From: Geosiphon pyriformis uo1
Lineage: Eukaryota; Fungi; Glomeromycota
Length of the DNA stretch: 64,000 nt
Reading direction: 5' to 3'
Assembly (NCBI GenBank): GCA_016748015.1
Contig: JAAOMT010000129.1
Span: 806,001 to 870,000, forward strand
Part shown: positions 10,722 through 22,424 of the stretch, in pieces
Numbering within the stretch: position 1 is the stretch's first letter
Layout: each line of letters starts with the position of its first letter
Translations under genes and position numbers: made by a program
Notes under the pieces: model-generated
Database searches by the model: none
Told to the model about the DNA's origin: nothing
The model's input: only the letters and a program-made list of their open reading frames with translations

Positions 10722-12104
10722 TTAATTTAACATGTTGTTGTCAATAATAATGATTGGTTTCAGATCTCGTGGAATCTCCTCTAATTGGACTAGTATCTTC
10801 TGTACTCCTAATTGTAGAATATTACTGGTGGATGATAGTGTGATGTTGTGGTATGATTTCAGTCGATTTCTATATGCTGTTTTGGTTAAAATTTTGTTAT
10901 CCAGTCTTAATTTGTAAGCTTTATTCCCTAGAATTTTTTCTATGTGAAATGGTCTATCCCATTTGGGGTCAAATTTTCCACTCCATTGTTTTTCCGCTTT
11001 GGTATAATATAAGAGTACTTTGTCTCCAATCTTGAATTCAACTGGTTTGTCTGGTAGTTGATTATCATGTCTTTTTTTCTGTTTTTCTTGTGACTTTTGT
11101 ATATTATCAGCTGCTTTTCTTCATTTGTTTTTCAATGTTTTTATTAAGTCATATGTTCTTTTTAACAATGTTTCTTGAAAATTCTCTTCTGTTATTGGTT
11201 CAGTTGGATATGTGTTAATCTTTATTTCAACTGGTAATGTTGCTGTTCTACCGTATATCAATTTAAATGGTGTTGCTTGTGTAGTGTCTTGTTTTATTGT
11301 TTAATAAGCAAATAATATTGATGATATAAACAAATCCTATTTGTCCTGGTTTTTTTGGCTGAGTTTCACTATTACTTTACACAATGTTCTATTAAATTTT
11401 TCAACTAATCCATTGGTTTGTGGATGGTATGGTAATGATAGTGGTTTCTTAATTCCGAATCTTTGGCTTAGTTTTACTAATGTTTTATTTACAAAATGGG
11501 TTTTTTGGTCTGATAATAGTTTTTTTGGACATCCATGTTAACAAATCAGATCTTGATAAACGAATTTGGCAACAGATCCTGCATCTGCTTTTTGAATTGC
11601 TTTGGCTTCTGGCTATTTAGTAAGATAATCTATGGCTACTGCAATATATCTGTTGCCTCTGCTGGTAATTGTCAATGGTCCAACTAAATTGATTCCAATG
11701 CAGTCAAATGGTTGTCCCACTTTGATTGGTTTCAATGGTTCACTGGGTCTTGTTCCTTCTTTTCTTTGACAAGCATCACAATTTTGCACATATTGGATGA
11801 TGTCTGGATACATTGATGGCCAATAGTATCTCTTTCTGGTTTTTTCTATGGTTGTTTCTTTATGAAAATGTCCTGCAGTTGGATCTGAGTATATGTTGAA
11901 CAGTATTGTCTTCTTTTTTGGTTCTGTAATTACTTTGGTTGGTTGATCTGAATCTTTTCTATTTTTCTAATAAAGTATATTTTGGTGAGTGATAAAATAT
12001 TTGAATTGTTGTTTGATCCTCTTTTGTTCCAGTTGAGATAATTTCTCCTTGAACTGTTGAGTATCTATATAATGTTGAAGTTGTTGATATTTTTGTGTGT
12101 TTAT
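10722..12104 (-). pseudogene. Integrase of element A (HHCC, DDE core, GPF-type module, no chromodomain)
   Basis: GHFH..CDACQ; IGINLVGPL..AIDYLTK; YHPQTNGLVE; KWDRPFHI; colinear with the B integrase. Confidence 0.9.
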
Positions 12105-12165
12105 CTTTTGTTATATTTTCGTAAGTATTGTTTTGGTTTTGTTATATTTTTGGGTTAAAATGTTC

Positions 12166-12966
12166 TTAAATTTGTTTCATTCGCAATAAACTGTTAGCAT
12201 TTCCATTGTTTTTTCTCTTTTTATAATGTATGGTATAAGTATATGTCGAAAGAGCCATTTTCTATCTTGACTGTCTTCCGTCTTCAAATTCTTGTTTTTG
12301 GAGTGATGTCAATCCTTTGTGATCTGTGTATATCTCAAACTTTTGGCTCAAGTATTTTTTCCATTTCATAACTGCCCAATAGATTGCTAAATGTTCTAAT
12401 TCTGGTGTTCCATAGTTTTTTTTAGCTGGTGTTAAACCTCAGCTGGCATATGTGACTGGATGTTCTCTTCTATCTGGTTCTCTTTGAGATAGTACTGCTC
12501 CCAATGCTTGACCTAATGCATCAATGGTGATAATAAATGGTTTACTATGATCTGGATAGATCAATACTGGAGCTTGAATAAGCTTTCTTCTTAAGATGTC
12601 AAATGCTTTTTGTTGGGTTTCAGTCCATTCATACTTTGCCTTTTTGGTTTGAAGATCATTGAGTGGTTGTGCTATCTTTGAAAAGTTCTTTATGAAGCAT
12701 TTATAATAGCTTGCGAATCCTAAGAATGATTTCAGCTTGGTTATGTTGGTTGGTATTGAAAAGTTCTTTACTATCTCTATTTTCTCCAAATCTGTTTTTA
12801 TGCCATCTTTGCTAACTATGTGTTCCAAGAATTTTAATTCTGTTTTGCCAAAAAAACACTTTGTTGCATTCAATTTTAATCCTGCTCGTCATAGTCTTTC
12901 AAATACTTGTTGGAGATGACGTAAATGATCATCAAATATTTTTGAGAACACATTGATGTTATCCAA
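12166..12966 (-). pseudogene. Element A RT (C-terminal half) and RNase H
   Basis: LDNINVF..KCFF..FLEH; IDALG..GAVLSQ; ELEHLAI; YTDHK; ends NANSLLRMKQI*. Confidence 0.9.
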
Positions 12967-13938
12967 TGTTACTGAAGGTTTTTGGTCTCTTTTCTTAAAT
13001 GTTAGTAATGTTGTTTTGCTGTGAATTCACGTTCTCAGGAAGTAGTTGAACCTTCAATAACTAAATTTATTTTCAAATTATCCTCTATAATTTGAACTTG
13101 CTGGGCTTATAAGTGGAATGGCTAATTCTGTGCCAGTTACTTTATGTAGTTACGTTGTAGTAAATGTCAACTCTTTCCCAGGAATTGCTCGTCTGGAAGC
13201 TCACTAAAATGTATAGTTACTTTGCTGTGAAAGTCAACTCTTTTACAGGAATCTTGTTTGTAGGCTACCCTAATAATTGTAATAAGAAAAGAAAAGAAAA
13301 ATAAAAGAAATGTAAAAGAAATAGAATTTTGTCAAGAGAAATGTTTTTTATTCAGGCCTGGAGTCACTAACAGTTTACTGAAATTGGTAGCTAATCAATT
13401 TCAAAACGTTAGTTGGGTTTTGAAGATTTTCCAAGTGCAATAATTTAAAGAATTTGGTTTTTTAAATTATTTGATATTTATTTCTTTTTGTGTGTGTAAG
13501 AATGGTTCTAAGTGATAAATCTAAAGTAAGATACATTTTTCAGAAAAAAAAAGCTTTTCTTTTATACAACTTGTTATAGTACTAGTCTATGAACTTGCAC
13601 TTTTTCTCTTTGCTCAAATTTTGGCGAACTAAAGATACATTTTGATGAACTACAAGTTATTTCGCTGAACTATTGATTAATTTGGGTAAACTATTCATAA
13701 TTTCGGCGAATTTCTGTAAATTTCGGCGAATTTTTGAATGTTACAAAGTTCAGGGTATTGTGTAATTTGATCATCCTACTTTCTGTTATACTAATTAGAT
13801 TATTTTAATTAAATCGTGATATGTGATAATTGATTAAATAATAAATGATAATTTGAAATGATATTAATATACTAATGAATTATAGGAATTATAAGAGTAA
13901 TTTTATGCTAATTAATAGCTAAAATTCTACTGGTAACA
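12967..13938 (-). repeat. Family B 3' LTR (972 bp)
   Basis: Colinear with 21535-22424 and with the reverse complement of 56949-57959. Confidence 0.95.
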
Positions 13939-14626
13939 TAATCTCTTCCTCAAGACTGAGCTCCATTGAAATCCAAGCACTATCTGTAATATTGAGATAG
14001 TGATCTAAAATAATTGAAGTAATCTGATCTGAAAATTGTTGAAATTTCAGTTCTGTGAGTTTGCCAATGTATTGGATTTTTATTGGTTGCAGTATTGGAT
14101 TTTGTAGAACATTTTCACAAGTATTAAACAAGTCATAGAGTCTAAGAGCTGCTCTAAGTCTGTAGCGAGTGTTTGTTGGTCCAGCTGCTGTTTTGAATTC
14201 ATTGTAAATTTGTTTTTGTATAACTTTAGGAGTAAGATTTGTTGCTTCAAGTTCCAGTTTTTGTTCATAAAGTGTTTTTTCAATTTGAAAGTATTTATAG
14301 ATAGAGGTGTGTTCATTGTTCTGTTCATTAAGAAATAGTAAAAGTTTTTGTTGCATTGTAGCATTTGGTGAAATGTCAATAGAGGCAATTAAAAGATTTT
14401 CTTCTAGTGCCTGCTTCAAAAGTCTTGGTAATTTATTCTCAGAGTGACTTCTTGTTTTTCTTCTATAAAGGTGATAGTTCTGTAAATGATTTGCTACTGG
14501 GGCTGTGGTTTCTTTCTAAATGTAATTAATTTGACTTTCATTAATCATTATAGATAGGTCAGGGAGTGTTTTCAAGGCTAACATTAATTTTTGGGATATT
14601 TGTTAAATATTTCGGGGAATAATCAT
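13919..14626 (-). pseudogene. Accessory ORF3 of element B (~235 aa), reading through the PPT into the 3' LTR
   Basis: ATG at 14626 is in frame with the 166-aa track ORF 13919-14419; two internal stops; homologous to 10038-10697. Confidence 0.8.
13939..13952 (-). promoter_or_regulatory. Polypurine tract of element B
   Basis: Minus strand reads GAGGAAGAGATTA abutting the 3' LTR. Confidence 0.8.
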
Positions 14627-14768
14627 GATAAAATTAACTAATTATGAAAAGAGAGAATAAAGAAAATTATTTTTGAATATGGGGTTTTTATTTGTTTTTG
14701 GGTTTGGGTGTTTTGTAATTATTTACTATTTTTGTCTTTGTGTTTTTATTAGAGAATTATTGTAAAAT

Positions 14769-16125
14769 TTAAGTGTTCAAGTTTGGTTGTTGTTCTATTA
14801 TAATTATTAGTTCTAAATTTTGGAGAATATCTTCAGGATTAATTAAAGGGGAATGTGTACCAATTTGTGGAATTAATGGTTCAGAATTGTTTCTGAAATG
14901 ATAGTATTTCAATCTGTCTCCATGTGCAACTTTTGCTAATATTTTATCATCAAGTCTTAACTTATATGATTCATTGCCTAGAATTTCGTGAATATAAAAT
15001 GGTCCATTCCATTTGTTTTCAAATTTCCCACTCCATTGTTTTTCAGTCTTAGTTCTGTGTAAAAGAACTTTATTTCCAACTTTAAATTTATTGGTAATAG
15101 GTGGTAATTTGTTGTCATGTCTTTCTTTTTGTTGAGCTTGGGAATATTTAATATGAGTTGCTGCTATTCTTCTTTTTCCTTTCAGTGTACTAAGAAGGGT
15201 GTAGGCTCTTCTTTGGAATGTTTCTTGAAAGTTTTTTTCATTGATTGGTTGCACTGGGTATGTTTCCACTGTGAAATTAATTGGTAATATTGCTGTTCTT
15301 CCATAAGTAAGATCAAATAGTGTGTGTTTCATAGTATCTTGCTTTAGTGTTCTGTATGCTAGTAACACTGATGGAATAAAGATATTCCATTCCTGCTCAA
15401 AGTCTGTTGAGACTTTGGCTAGAAATTCACACAATGTTCTGTTGAAACATTTTACAAGTCTATTTGTTTGAGGGTAATAAAGTGATAATAAAGGTCTTTT
15501 GACATTGAACCGTTCACAAATTTCTTGTATCAAGTTGTTCACAAAATGTGTTCCTTGATCAAATAAGAGTTTAATTGGGCATCCATGTCTACAGATAATG
15601 TCTTTATAGATGAAATTTGCTACTGATTTTGCATCTGCTCTTTGGATGGCTCTAGCTTCAGGCCATTTGGTAAGATAATTCATTGCAACTGCAATATAAC
15701 AATTTTCTTGGGTTGTGATAGGTAATGGTCTGACTAAATCAATTCCAACTCTGTCAAAAGGTTGTCCAACTTTGATTGGATTTAGAGGTTCTGTGGGGTG
15801 AATTCCTTCTTTTTTTTGACAATTATCACAAAATTCTACATATTGTCGAATGTCTTTTTGCATGTGAGGCCAAAAATAATGTTCAAGGGTTCTTTGAATT
15901 GTTCCCTCTTTTCCCAAGTGTGCTGAAGACGGATCTGTGTGCATGTTGTATAAAATTGTTTCTTTTTTATTCTCTTGTACTAATCTGAGTGGCTGGTTTG
16001 GTTTTCTGTGATTTTTATAATAGATTTTGTTCTGGTGTATGAAATATTGTTTTAATTGGTGTTGTAAGCAGTGTTTTTCACTTGGAAACCAGTTTTCTGG
16101 CATGGTAAGGGTCTTCAAATAATTT
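14769..16125 (-). CDS. Integrase of element B (open frame; N-terminus lost in the assembly gap)
   Basis: H..H..CDNC, GIDLV, DQGTHF, YPQTN, GPF; no chromodomain. Confidence 0.88.
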
Positions 16126-16256
16126 NNNNNNNNNNNNNNNNNNNNNNNNNNNNNNNNNNNNNNNNNNNNNNNNNNNNNNNNNNNNNNNNNNNNNNNNNNN
16201 NNNNNNNNNNNNNNNNNNNNNNNNNNNNNNNNNNNNNNNNNNNNNNNNNNNNNNNN
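16126..16256. other. Assembly gap (N run) covering RNase H and the RH/IN junction of element B
   Basis: 131 N. Confidence 0.99.
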
Positions 16257-19200
16257 GATGTGTGAGGCATCAGTGGCTAATTGGAATCGTTTGTTGAAGT
16301 CTGGGTAAGCAAGAACTGGGGCTGTTGTCAATTTTGTTTTGAGAATTTCAAAAGCTTTTTGTTGTTCTTCAGTCCATTTGTATGGTACGTTTTTGTTGGT
16401 AAGATAATTGAGTGGTTTGGCAATTTCTGAGAATCCTTTTATGAATTTTCGATAGTAAGAGGCTAATTCCACAAATCCTCTTAGTTCTGTAGTATTTCTG
16501 GGGGTTTGAAAGTTTTTGACAGCACTGATTGTTCTTGAATTTGGTTTGATTCCATCTTTACTAACTATGTGTCCAAGAAAGATCAAGCTTGTTTTTCCAA
16601 AGTAACATTTCTCAATATTTAACTTTAATCCTGCTTTTCATAATCATTGAAAAACTTTTTGCAGATGAATGAAATGGGCTTCAAAGCTTGATAAGTATAC
16701 ATTAGTATTATTAAGATAAACAACTACTGATTGCCACAAAAGCTCTTCATAGACAACATCTATGAGTTGCTGAAATGTTGCTGGTGCATTGCAGAATCCA
16801 AAAGGCATAACATTAAACTCATAATTTTCTTCTTGAGTGGTGAATGCTGTTTTGGGTCTATCTTTTGGGTCCATTTCGACTTGCCAGTATTTACTTTCTC
16901 AGTCTAAAGTTGAAAAAAACTTGGCTTTTCTTAGAGCATCTAGCATGTCATCAAATCTTGGAAGAGGGTAGACATCTCCAATTGTAACACTATTCAGTTG
17001 TCTATAATCAACACAGAATCTGATTTTTCCGTTTTTCTTTTTAACTAAAACTATTGGTGAGGCCCAAGGACTTTTTGATGGTTGAATCAATCCGTTATTG
17101 AGCATTCTTTGGATCTCTTCTCTGATGAATTGGTGGCTGGCAAGTGGCACTCAATAAGCTTGTTGACGTTTTGGTAGAGCATCTCCTGTATGGATCTGAT
17201 GTTGAACAATGTCTGTTTTTCCCAAGTTATTGTTGTCTTTTGCAAATATATCTGCAAATTCAGCTATCAATTGTTTCAATTGTCTTTGTTGTTGAGGTTC
17301 TAAGAGACCCATATTGATTTGAGAGAGTTTTTTTTCCAACAAGTGGTAGTTTTCAGTAATAGAAATAATATTTGGATTTGGGAGTAGAGTGTGCTTTACA
17401 ATTTCAATGAAATTAAAGACAATTTGAGAGTTTTCATCTTGAAAAATATTGCTGTGTATGATTCCCATTTCTAATTTGTTTAATAAAACAATAGGGTAAT
17501 TATTGGGGTTATAGAATATAACTCGAAATTTTTTCATTCTTTTGGGAATATAAACGTTTGGAATTGATATTTCATGCTTCAAACAGATTTGTTCATTGGA
17601 TTCAAAGATTTGTTGTGTAGTGGTGAGTTTTGAGCAAGTGTAAATTTCGTGATGTTCTTCAAAAGATGAAATGGTAATTGGCTGAGAAAGTTGAAGAATC
17701 TGGTGAGATTTATTTTGTGTATTAAGAACTATGTTTACTGGAACTGTAAATCGTCCAGTTGAACCAAAACCTTGAGTTCCACTTTCACTTTTTCCCAATT
17801 GTTCTCTGTTGTTTACTAATTGTAAACTCGAAATGTTGATTAAGAGTAAGTAAATTGCTTAAGCAATTTTTTCAGCATGTTCAATTTTGAATGATTTGTC
17901 TGTCTTATTCTGTAACATGATGGTAATGTCTCCAGTGTATCCTGCATCTAATATTGATTCCTTTGCTTGCCAATGATGATCTGGAGGCAATTTGAATCAT
18001 TGCTTCTGGTGGAATTTCAAGAGCAATTTTGAGATTGATTTTTGTCAAAGACTTTGGTTGGAGAATCAAAGTATCTTTTTCTGGGTATCTTAGGTCATAT
18101 CCAGCATTAATTTCGTGTGCTTTTTCTGGTCTGATTCCTTAGCCATAGTTGTCAAAATATTTAAGTTGTAGAGGTGGTTGCTTTTCAAGAAGATAGATGG
18201 AAGTGGTTAGTAGTTTTTTTACTAGTTCAGATACTCCAAATTCGATTTCATTTTCATCATTCTCATCTGGCAGAGGAATGCTAAGAGCATAACATTCTAA
18301 ACACCATTGGTTATCACAAGGCATAACACATTCTTCACACAATTAAATGTTCATTTGCTCTAATTGTTGAATTTAAGCTTCTTTGGTCGGATATGTGTGG
18401 CTTGCAATTTGGTGGTAGGTTTCTACTTCATCTTCATAATCAAATCCAGCTAATTCCATAATATACTCAATATATTCAGCTTCTTTCATTTGGCAGACAT
18501 CTTCTTGGGTGGCTTGATTGATCAATGCTATTGCTAGGTCAAAAATCATTTCAGCATCATGAGGGTAGTGGTAAAGTTTATTGAGAGCACTGTTATATGC
18601 TGCATCAAATGGTGTTCCTCTTCTGACTTTTTCCGAAATTGATAGAGCATATTGACAGGTTTAATCACATATTCCTCCTCTCATTGCTACATCAATCCAA
18701 TTGCATTCTTCTGGTAGCATTTCTCCACATGTAAGGCAAGATGTGTTGTTCTATTTTCCACTTTTTTTTGGAAATCCAAATCGTTCTCTATGGCATGCTT
18801 TGCAAAAGTAACAGGTATAAGTTTCATATTCCTCTTTTGGAAAAATACATGCTCCCATTGATGAAAGTTTTTTGTTGCAATCTTTGCATTTGAGTGGAAT
18901 ATAGGGTAGTTGTTTCTGTGGTTCTGGTATAAAATATCTAACTTTCTTCCATCCCCTTGATTCTTCAAAAATCTCTTGTTCAGTTTCTTCAGCCCAATTG
19001 GATGTTGATCCAAGAGCCATGTAGGTTTCAGTAAGTGGCATTTTTTTCTCCTCTTTAAATTCAAATACTGGAGCTTTTTCTGATCATTTGTTAAAGATAC
19101 CACAGGTTGCAAGTACTATGGTATATTGTCCTTGGTATGAGATTTTAAGTTCTTGAGTTTTCCAGTTCAGGTTTGCATTGGCCTTAAGAAACCAATTATT

Positions 19201-21489
19201 TCCAACTAGAGCTTGGTATTAGGGTGCATCCATAACAAGAACTTTAACTGGAATGATGATTCCATCAATTGAAAAAGGGAAATCATCAATTTCTCCTACT
19301 GGAGTCTTCTTCATACCATCAGCTGTGACAATAACTGTTTGAGCTGGTCTGTCTACATTTTGTTTGAATTGTTGCATCAACTGGTAAGTAATGATACTTC
19401 CAGCTGATCTACTATCTAAGATTAAGCAAATGGGTTTTCTTTCCACTATAGCTTTTGTGTACATGGCAGTAATTGCTTTCTGTTCATTGACTGCTGCATT
19501 ACTAAGCAGAAATAGTGATTTATTTGCTTCAAATTCAAATAGAAATATATCTGACAGATTAGCATTTTGGGCAATTTGAGCTAATAGAATAGTGTGGTTG
19601 GAAGAGTTTGATCTTAGTGTTGCAACTTCATCTTCAGAAAGTGCAGTTTGTTGAAAATCCGATTTCTTTGGTATTGTAAGATAACTGGGTTGAGTATAAT
19701 AGTGATTGGGTCTTTGCTGACCTGAATTTTGGGGAACCAACTGGTTATTCTGCAATTGATTTTGGGGTGTGAATTGGTTATGTTGAACCAATCTTCTTGT
19801 TAGTACTTGATATTGTTAAGTGGGTGGTGTCTGATATGGCTGAATTGGTAAAGATTGCTGATATTGTTGCTGCATTGATTGTGAAGCTGGTGGATAGTAG
19901 TTTTGATTTTGTGGTCTTAGTGAATAATAGGTTGGTGGTAGAGATTGGTAATAAGATTGTTGTGGTAAAGAGTAACGTTGATTATTCCTGTTTTGTTGGT
20001 CTCTTTGCAATTTCCTACAATCTCGTTTTCAGTGTCCTGGAATTTCACAATAATGACAATTTTGAGATTGGTTGTTGGATGGTAATCCAAAATTGTTTTG
20101 GTTGCGTCATTGTGATGGTTGATATCTTTGTGGTTGTTGCTGTTGTTGTTGTTGGTTTGTAAAATAGCTTTCAACTTTTTTTGTGAGTTGGTCTATCTTT
20201 TCTTTAGCTGCTGAGCTGGTTTCTCCAATTGCAAAGTTTACAAGCTTGGTGTGATTTGCTTCTTCCATTGCTATTTCATAGCTCTTTGCATGTTTAATAG
20301 CAGTTGCTAAGTCTGCTGGAGTATGTGGACAGACTTTTTTAATCAGTTTGTTTTTTAATCCTGCTATAAACTGATCCAGAATTTGAGCATCAGAATAGTA
20401 GTCATTGGTTTCCAATTGTCAGATTTGTCTAAGAAGTTTGTTAAATCTTCCAAAATAGGTCATAACAGATTCAGATGTTTCTTGTTTGATATTGTGAAAG
20501 TGGTTTCTGAGAGTGATAAAGGTATTGTTGTCAGTGAATTGTTGTAGAAAAGCATCTTTGAATGCTTGCCAGTTTTCAAATGGTCTTTCTAAATTTTCAA
20601 ACCATTCTCCTACTGTTTCTTGGAGAAAGTAGGGAATTGCTTTGAGCATTCTCGCTGCAATCCAACTATTTATGTCTTCTGCTTTTTGAACCTTGTCAAG
20701 CCATTCTTGAGGACTGGTATCATTGTTTTCATCAGTGAATTCTGGGATTTTTGCAATGTAAGCAGTTGCCATTTCTTCTTCGTTTTCTGTAATTTCTTTT
20801 GGTTCTGATTCAGTTTTTTTACTTTCCAAGCTTTCTGAGTGATTACTTTCATTTTCCTGTAAGTAATTAATGATATTGGCACTTGTTGATATTGGTTCCT
20901 GCTGTTGAATAGGATTTCTAGGTGACTGAAAATCTTCTGGTCTAGAGAAACGGCTAAGTGGTGAACTTGGTGTTTGTGATTGAACAAGTGAAATTGGAAA
21001 TGGTGTAATAGAAAGCAGTAATTTGACACTGGTTCCTTGTTCAGATGTTTGCAAGTATTTGGCAGTTGTCTTTTGTAGTGTTGGAGTGTTTGGAGTAGTT
21101 CTTGAGTATTGCTTCAATCTTTGTTTGCCTTTGTTGCTTGTTTCTGTCTCTGATTCAAAGTCAAAAGAGTATTTAGACTGTACTGAGTATTTTTCTTCAC
21201 AATACTCAATAATGTTAAAATTAAGTTCTTGAAAGTAGGTAGCAAGTGTTTCACTGTTCAGGTCTTCTGTTCCCAATTGTGAATAGTGCACTAAATTATT
21301 GTAGAGGTTGCTTCTAACTTCTGAAATGTTATAGTTTCCAAAAATATAATTGTTGATGTGGTTTTCAATGTATTGGTATACTGATTTCTTTACAACTTTA
21401 ATTCTGTCTAGAATGTTGAATCTTTGCTTGCAGTGGATGTAAATTGACTGGTAATACTCTAGAGTTGCTGTGTCTGGTGTGGTCACCAC
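16257..21489 (-). pseudogene. Element B gag-PR-Cys-rich-dUTPase-RT polyprotein (one frame apart from a deletion in dUTPase), disrupted
   Basis: Capsid WLDKV..IPYFL..EWF; knuckle CHYCEIPGH*KRDC; PR LILDSRSAGS; dUTPase AGYDL..GFGSTG; RT WASP..RFCVDYR..MPFG..YLNN. Confidence 0.92.
17750..18150 (-). pseudogene. dUTPase domain in element B
   Basis: NAGYDL, ASRSS, DAGYTGDI, KIA*, GTQGFGSTG; small frameshifting deletion near 17955. Confidence 0.9.
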
Positions 21490-21514
21490 TTTGAATTTGT
21501 TGTTGCTGTGTTAT

Positions 21515-21534
21515 TTCCGTGAGAGAGCACCAAA
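21515..21534 (-). promoter_or_regulatory. Primer-binding site of element B
   Basis: TT-TGGTGCTCTCTCACGG directly after the 5' LTR; cognate tRNA not identified. Confidence 0.8.
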
Positions 21535-22424
21535 TGTTACTGAAGGTTTTTGGTCTCTTTTCTTAAATGTTGGTAATGTTGTTTTGCTGTGAATTCACGT
21601 TCTTAAGAAGTAGTTGAACCTCCAATAACTGAATTTATCTTCAAATTATCTTCTATAATTTGAACTTGCTAGGCTTATAAGTGGAATGATTGATTCTGTG
21701 CCAGTTACTTTATGTAGTTACATTGTAGTAAACATCAACTCTTTCCCAGGAATTGCTCGTCTAGAAGCTCACTAAAATGTATAGTTATTTTGCTGTGAAA
21801 GTCAACTCTTTTACAGGAATCTTGTCTGTAGGCTACCCTAATAATTGTAATAAGAAAAGAAAAAAAAAATAAAAAAAAAGTAAAAGAAATAGAATTTTGT
21901 CAAGAGAAATGTTTTTTATCCAGGCCTGGAGTCACTAACAGTTTACTGAAATTGGTAGCTAATTAATTTCAAAACGTTAGTTGGGTTTTGAGGATTTTCC
22001 AAGTGCAATAATTTAAAGAATTTGGTTTTTTGAATTATTTGATATTTATTTTTTTTTGTGTGTGTAGGAATGGTTCTAAGTAATAAATCTAAAGTAAGAT
22101 ACATTTTCCAGAAAAAAAAAGCTCTTCTTTTATACAACTTGTTATAGTACTAGTCTATGAACTTGCACTTTTTCTCTTTGCTCAAATTTCAGCAAATTTC
22201 TGTAAATTTCGGTGAATTTTTGAATATTACAAAGTTCAGGGTATTGTGTAACTTGATCATCCTACTTTCTGTTATACTAATTAGATTATTTTAATTGAAT
22301 CGTGATATATGATAATTGATTAAATAATAAATGATAATTTGAAATGATATTAATATACTAATAAATTATAGAAATTATAAGGGTAATTTTATGTTAATTA
22401 ATAGCTAAAATTCTACTGGTAACA
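21535..22424 (-). repeat. Family B 5' LTR (890 bp; ~80-bp deletion in the U3 repeat array)
   Basis: Colinear with 12967-13938 except near 22190. Confidence 0.95.

Larger units (their letters stand above)
12967..22424 (-). mobile_element. Ty3/Gypsy LTR retrotransposon, family B, nested in the RT of element A
   Basis: LTRs at 12967-13938 and 21535-22424 (TGTTAC...GTAACA); TSD CCAA at 12963-12966 and 22425-22428; PBS and PPT. Confidence 0.95.

Noticed and set aside
13919-14626. ORF3 as an envelope gene
   Set aside because: No signal peptide, transmembrane segment or Cys-rich ectodomain, and it is too short
14769-14950. Chromodomain at the integrase C-terminus
   Set aside because: The tail after the GPF module is short and lacks the chromodomain aromatic pattern in both A and B
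14769-16586. 605-aa ORF as evidence of a continuous RT-RH-IN frame
   Set aside because: It spans a 131-N gap, while the equivalent region in element A is ~450 bp, so the in-frame join is an artefact
19797-20162. Val-rich antisense ORFs (also 60174-60542, 24737-25252 and others)
   Set aside because: They are shadows of CAA/AAC-rich sense coding sequence and carry no independent motifs
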